From Hydrolagus affinis (Eukaryota), in NCBI GenBank assembly GCA_012026655.1, contig JAAILG010000001.1, forward strand, positions 186,001-250,000: DNA of 64,000 nt. Reading direction: 5' to 3'. This document shows positions 62,992 through 64,000 of this stretch, one piece after another (the stretch's first letter is position 1; every line of letters starts with the position of its first letter). Both the position numbers and the translations under genes were made by a program. The notes under the pieces are model-generated. The model worked only from the letters and a program-made list of their open reading frames with translations. It had not been told where the DNA came from and made no database searches.

Positions 62992-63145
62992 AGAATTGTT
63001 ACTATACAGAAACAGGCCATTTGGTCCATCAAGTCTGCACTGGTGTTTTTCTTCACATGAGCCACCTCATCGATCCCACTTTCCACCTCATTCCTCGTAT
63101 CCTTTCAATATTTTTTCTTCACTATCTAATTTCCCTTCAAAAAGT
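62992..63145 (-). mobile_element. CR1 3'UTR fragment
   Basis: ACAGAAACAGGCCATTTGGTCCATCAAGTCTGCACTGGTGTTT...CACATGAGCCACCTC...ATCTAATTTCCCTTCAAAA, homologous to 23090-23220. Confidence 0.75.
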
Positions 63146-63664
63146 AAACATATAGACTTTGCATTAACATTGTCTTTGTGGCAGAAAACCAAACTAATCT
63201 GATACTATGCCAAGTTATTGCATTTCCCGGGGTCTTATGAAATATTTTTCACTGTTATTAGTGATAGTTGGGGGTGGGGGTTCATTGTTGACTTTCGGCA
63301 TGTAAGGTTTCCCCCAACGATTTAGCACAATGGTTGGATATAAAGCCAGACTGAAGCCACTGTTAGAAATGCCAGATTCTTTGAAGCATTGGTTTGCAAA
63401 ACGCAACGCCCCCCAAAAAAACAGAGTAATGTGGCTCAGCGAAGCATCACTCAAACATGATCATCAGCAGATGGGAATTCTAATCAATAATTATTGTCAG
63501 TCCTCAGCCATTATTTTACACTGTGAATGATCACGCCAAGTCTCATAATTTTCAACCCATTTTACACTACATCCAAATACACCTACATTACCTTTCACAT
63601 GGCAACTAAGTCAGGAATACTATTATAACTATTATAAAATACTCTTGGTTGTTGTTCACTGTCA

Positions 63665-63768
63665 GAGCCCTCTCTGACCAAGCTTGAATCTCGGAGTGAG
63701 TTGCGTGAAGCGCCTTGAATGTCTTGCTGACATGAAAGACGCGATGTAAATGGAAATTATTGTTGTTG
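63665..63768 (+). mobile_element. L2-type 3' tail fragment
   Basis: GTGAAGCGCCTTGAATGTCTTGCTGACATGAAAGACGCGATGTAAATGGAAATTATTGTTGTTG. Confidence 0.7.
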
Positions 63769-63904
63769 AAAAATAAGAAAAATAATGTCAAACGCGTAAC
63801 AAATAAAATGCAAAATAGAAATAAGAGATCAGAACTTAGAGGTAAGGTACTTATACAATAATTGTAAAGGCAAATATTTCATGAACTAGAATAACCTGGT
63901 CAAT

Positions 63905-64000
63905 GTTAATTGCTGCCATCTCTGCTGTGTGTAATCGGTTGCCATGTTTCGTCCACAAACTACACAGTCACTACATTTTACAGTAGCTTCTGTGACGTGC
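63905..64000 (+). mobile_element. SINE body running off the window edge
   Basis: CTGCTGTGTGTAATCGGTTGCCATGTTTCGTCCACAAACTACACAGTCACTACATTTTACAGTAGCTTCTGTGACGTGC. Confidence 0.7.

Noticed and set aside
1-64000. CRISPR array, operon or prokaryotic defence system
   Set aside because: No regularly spaced repeat-spacer array and no gene-dense coding. The recurring sequences are dispersed vertebrate SINE/LINE copies.

Overview
This is eukaryotic (vertebrate) DNA, not prokaryotic. It is AT-rich and visibly CpG-poor, has no recognisable intact protein-coding gene, and contains a 188-N assembly gap at 9237-9424. The repeat content points to a cartilaginous fish, probably a chimaera such as Callorhinchus; this is inferred from recalled repeat consensus sequences, not from a search. 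The repeats are tRNA-headed SINEs with L2-type 3' tails, Deu-core SINEs of the SacSINE1/AmnSINE1 type, 5'-truncated CR1 LINEs including one with an (ATTCTATG)n tail, and L2 LINEs with (GTT)n tails. The window reads as a large intron or intergenic region. The only ORFs I can interpret are fragments of LINE ORF2 (L2 and CR1 clades) and a degenerate Myb/SANT-like (PIF/Harbinger-type) ORF near 53.1-53.3 kb. I found no rRNA, genuine tRNA, CRISPR array or convincing new gene system. The best leads are: the Harbinger Myb/SANT fossil; a possible minus-strand promoter/first exon straddling the gap; a covarying SINE/L2 3' stem-loop; repeated LINE insertions into Deu-SINEs; a SINE subfamily with a shared internal deletion; an ultra-short TSD-flanked L2-tail insertion; an apparent excess of TACAGTA/TACTGTA (Tc1 footprint-like); and two candidate small exons. 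Repeat boundaries were judged by eye and are approximate.
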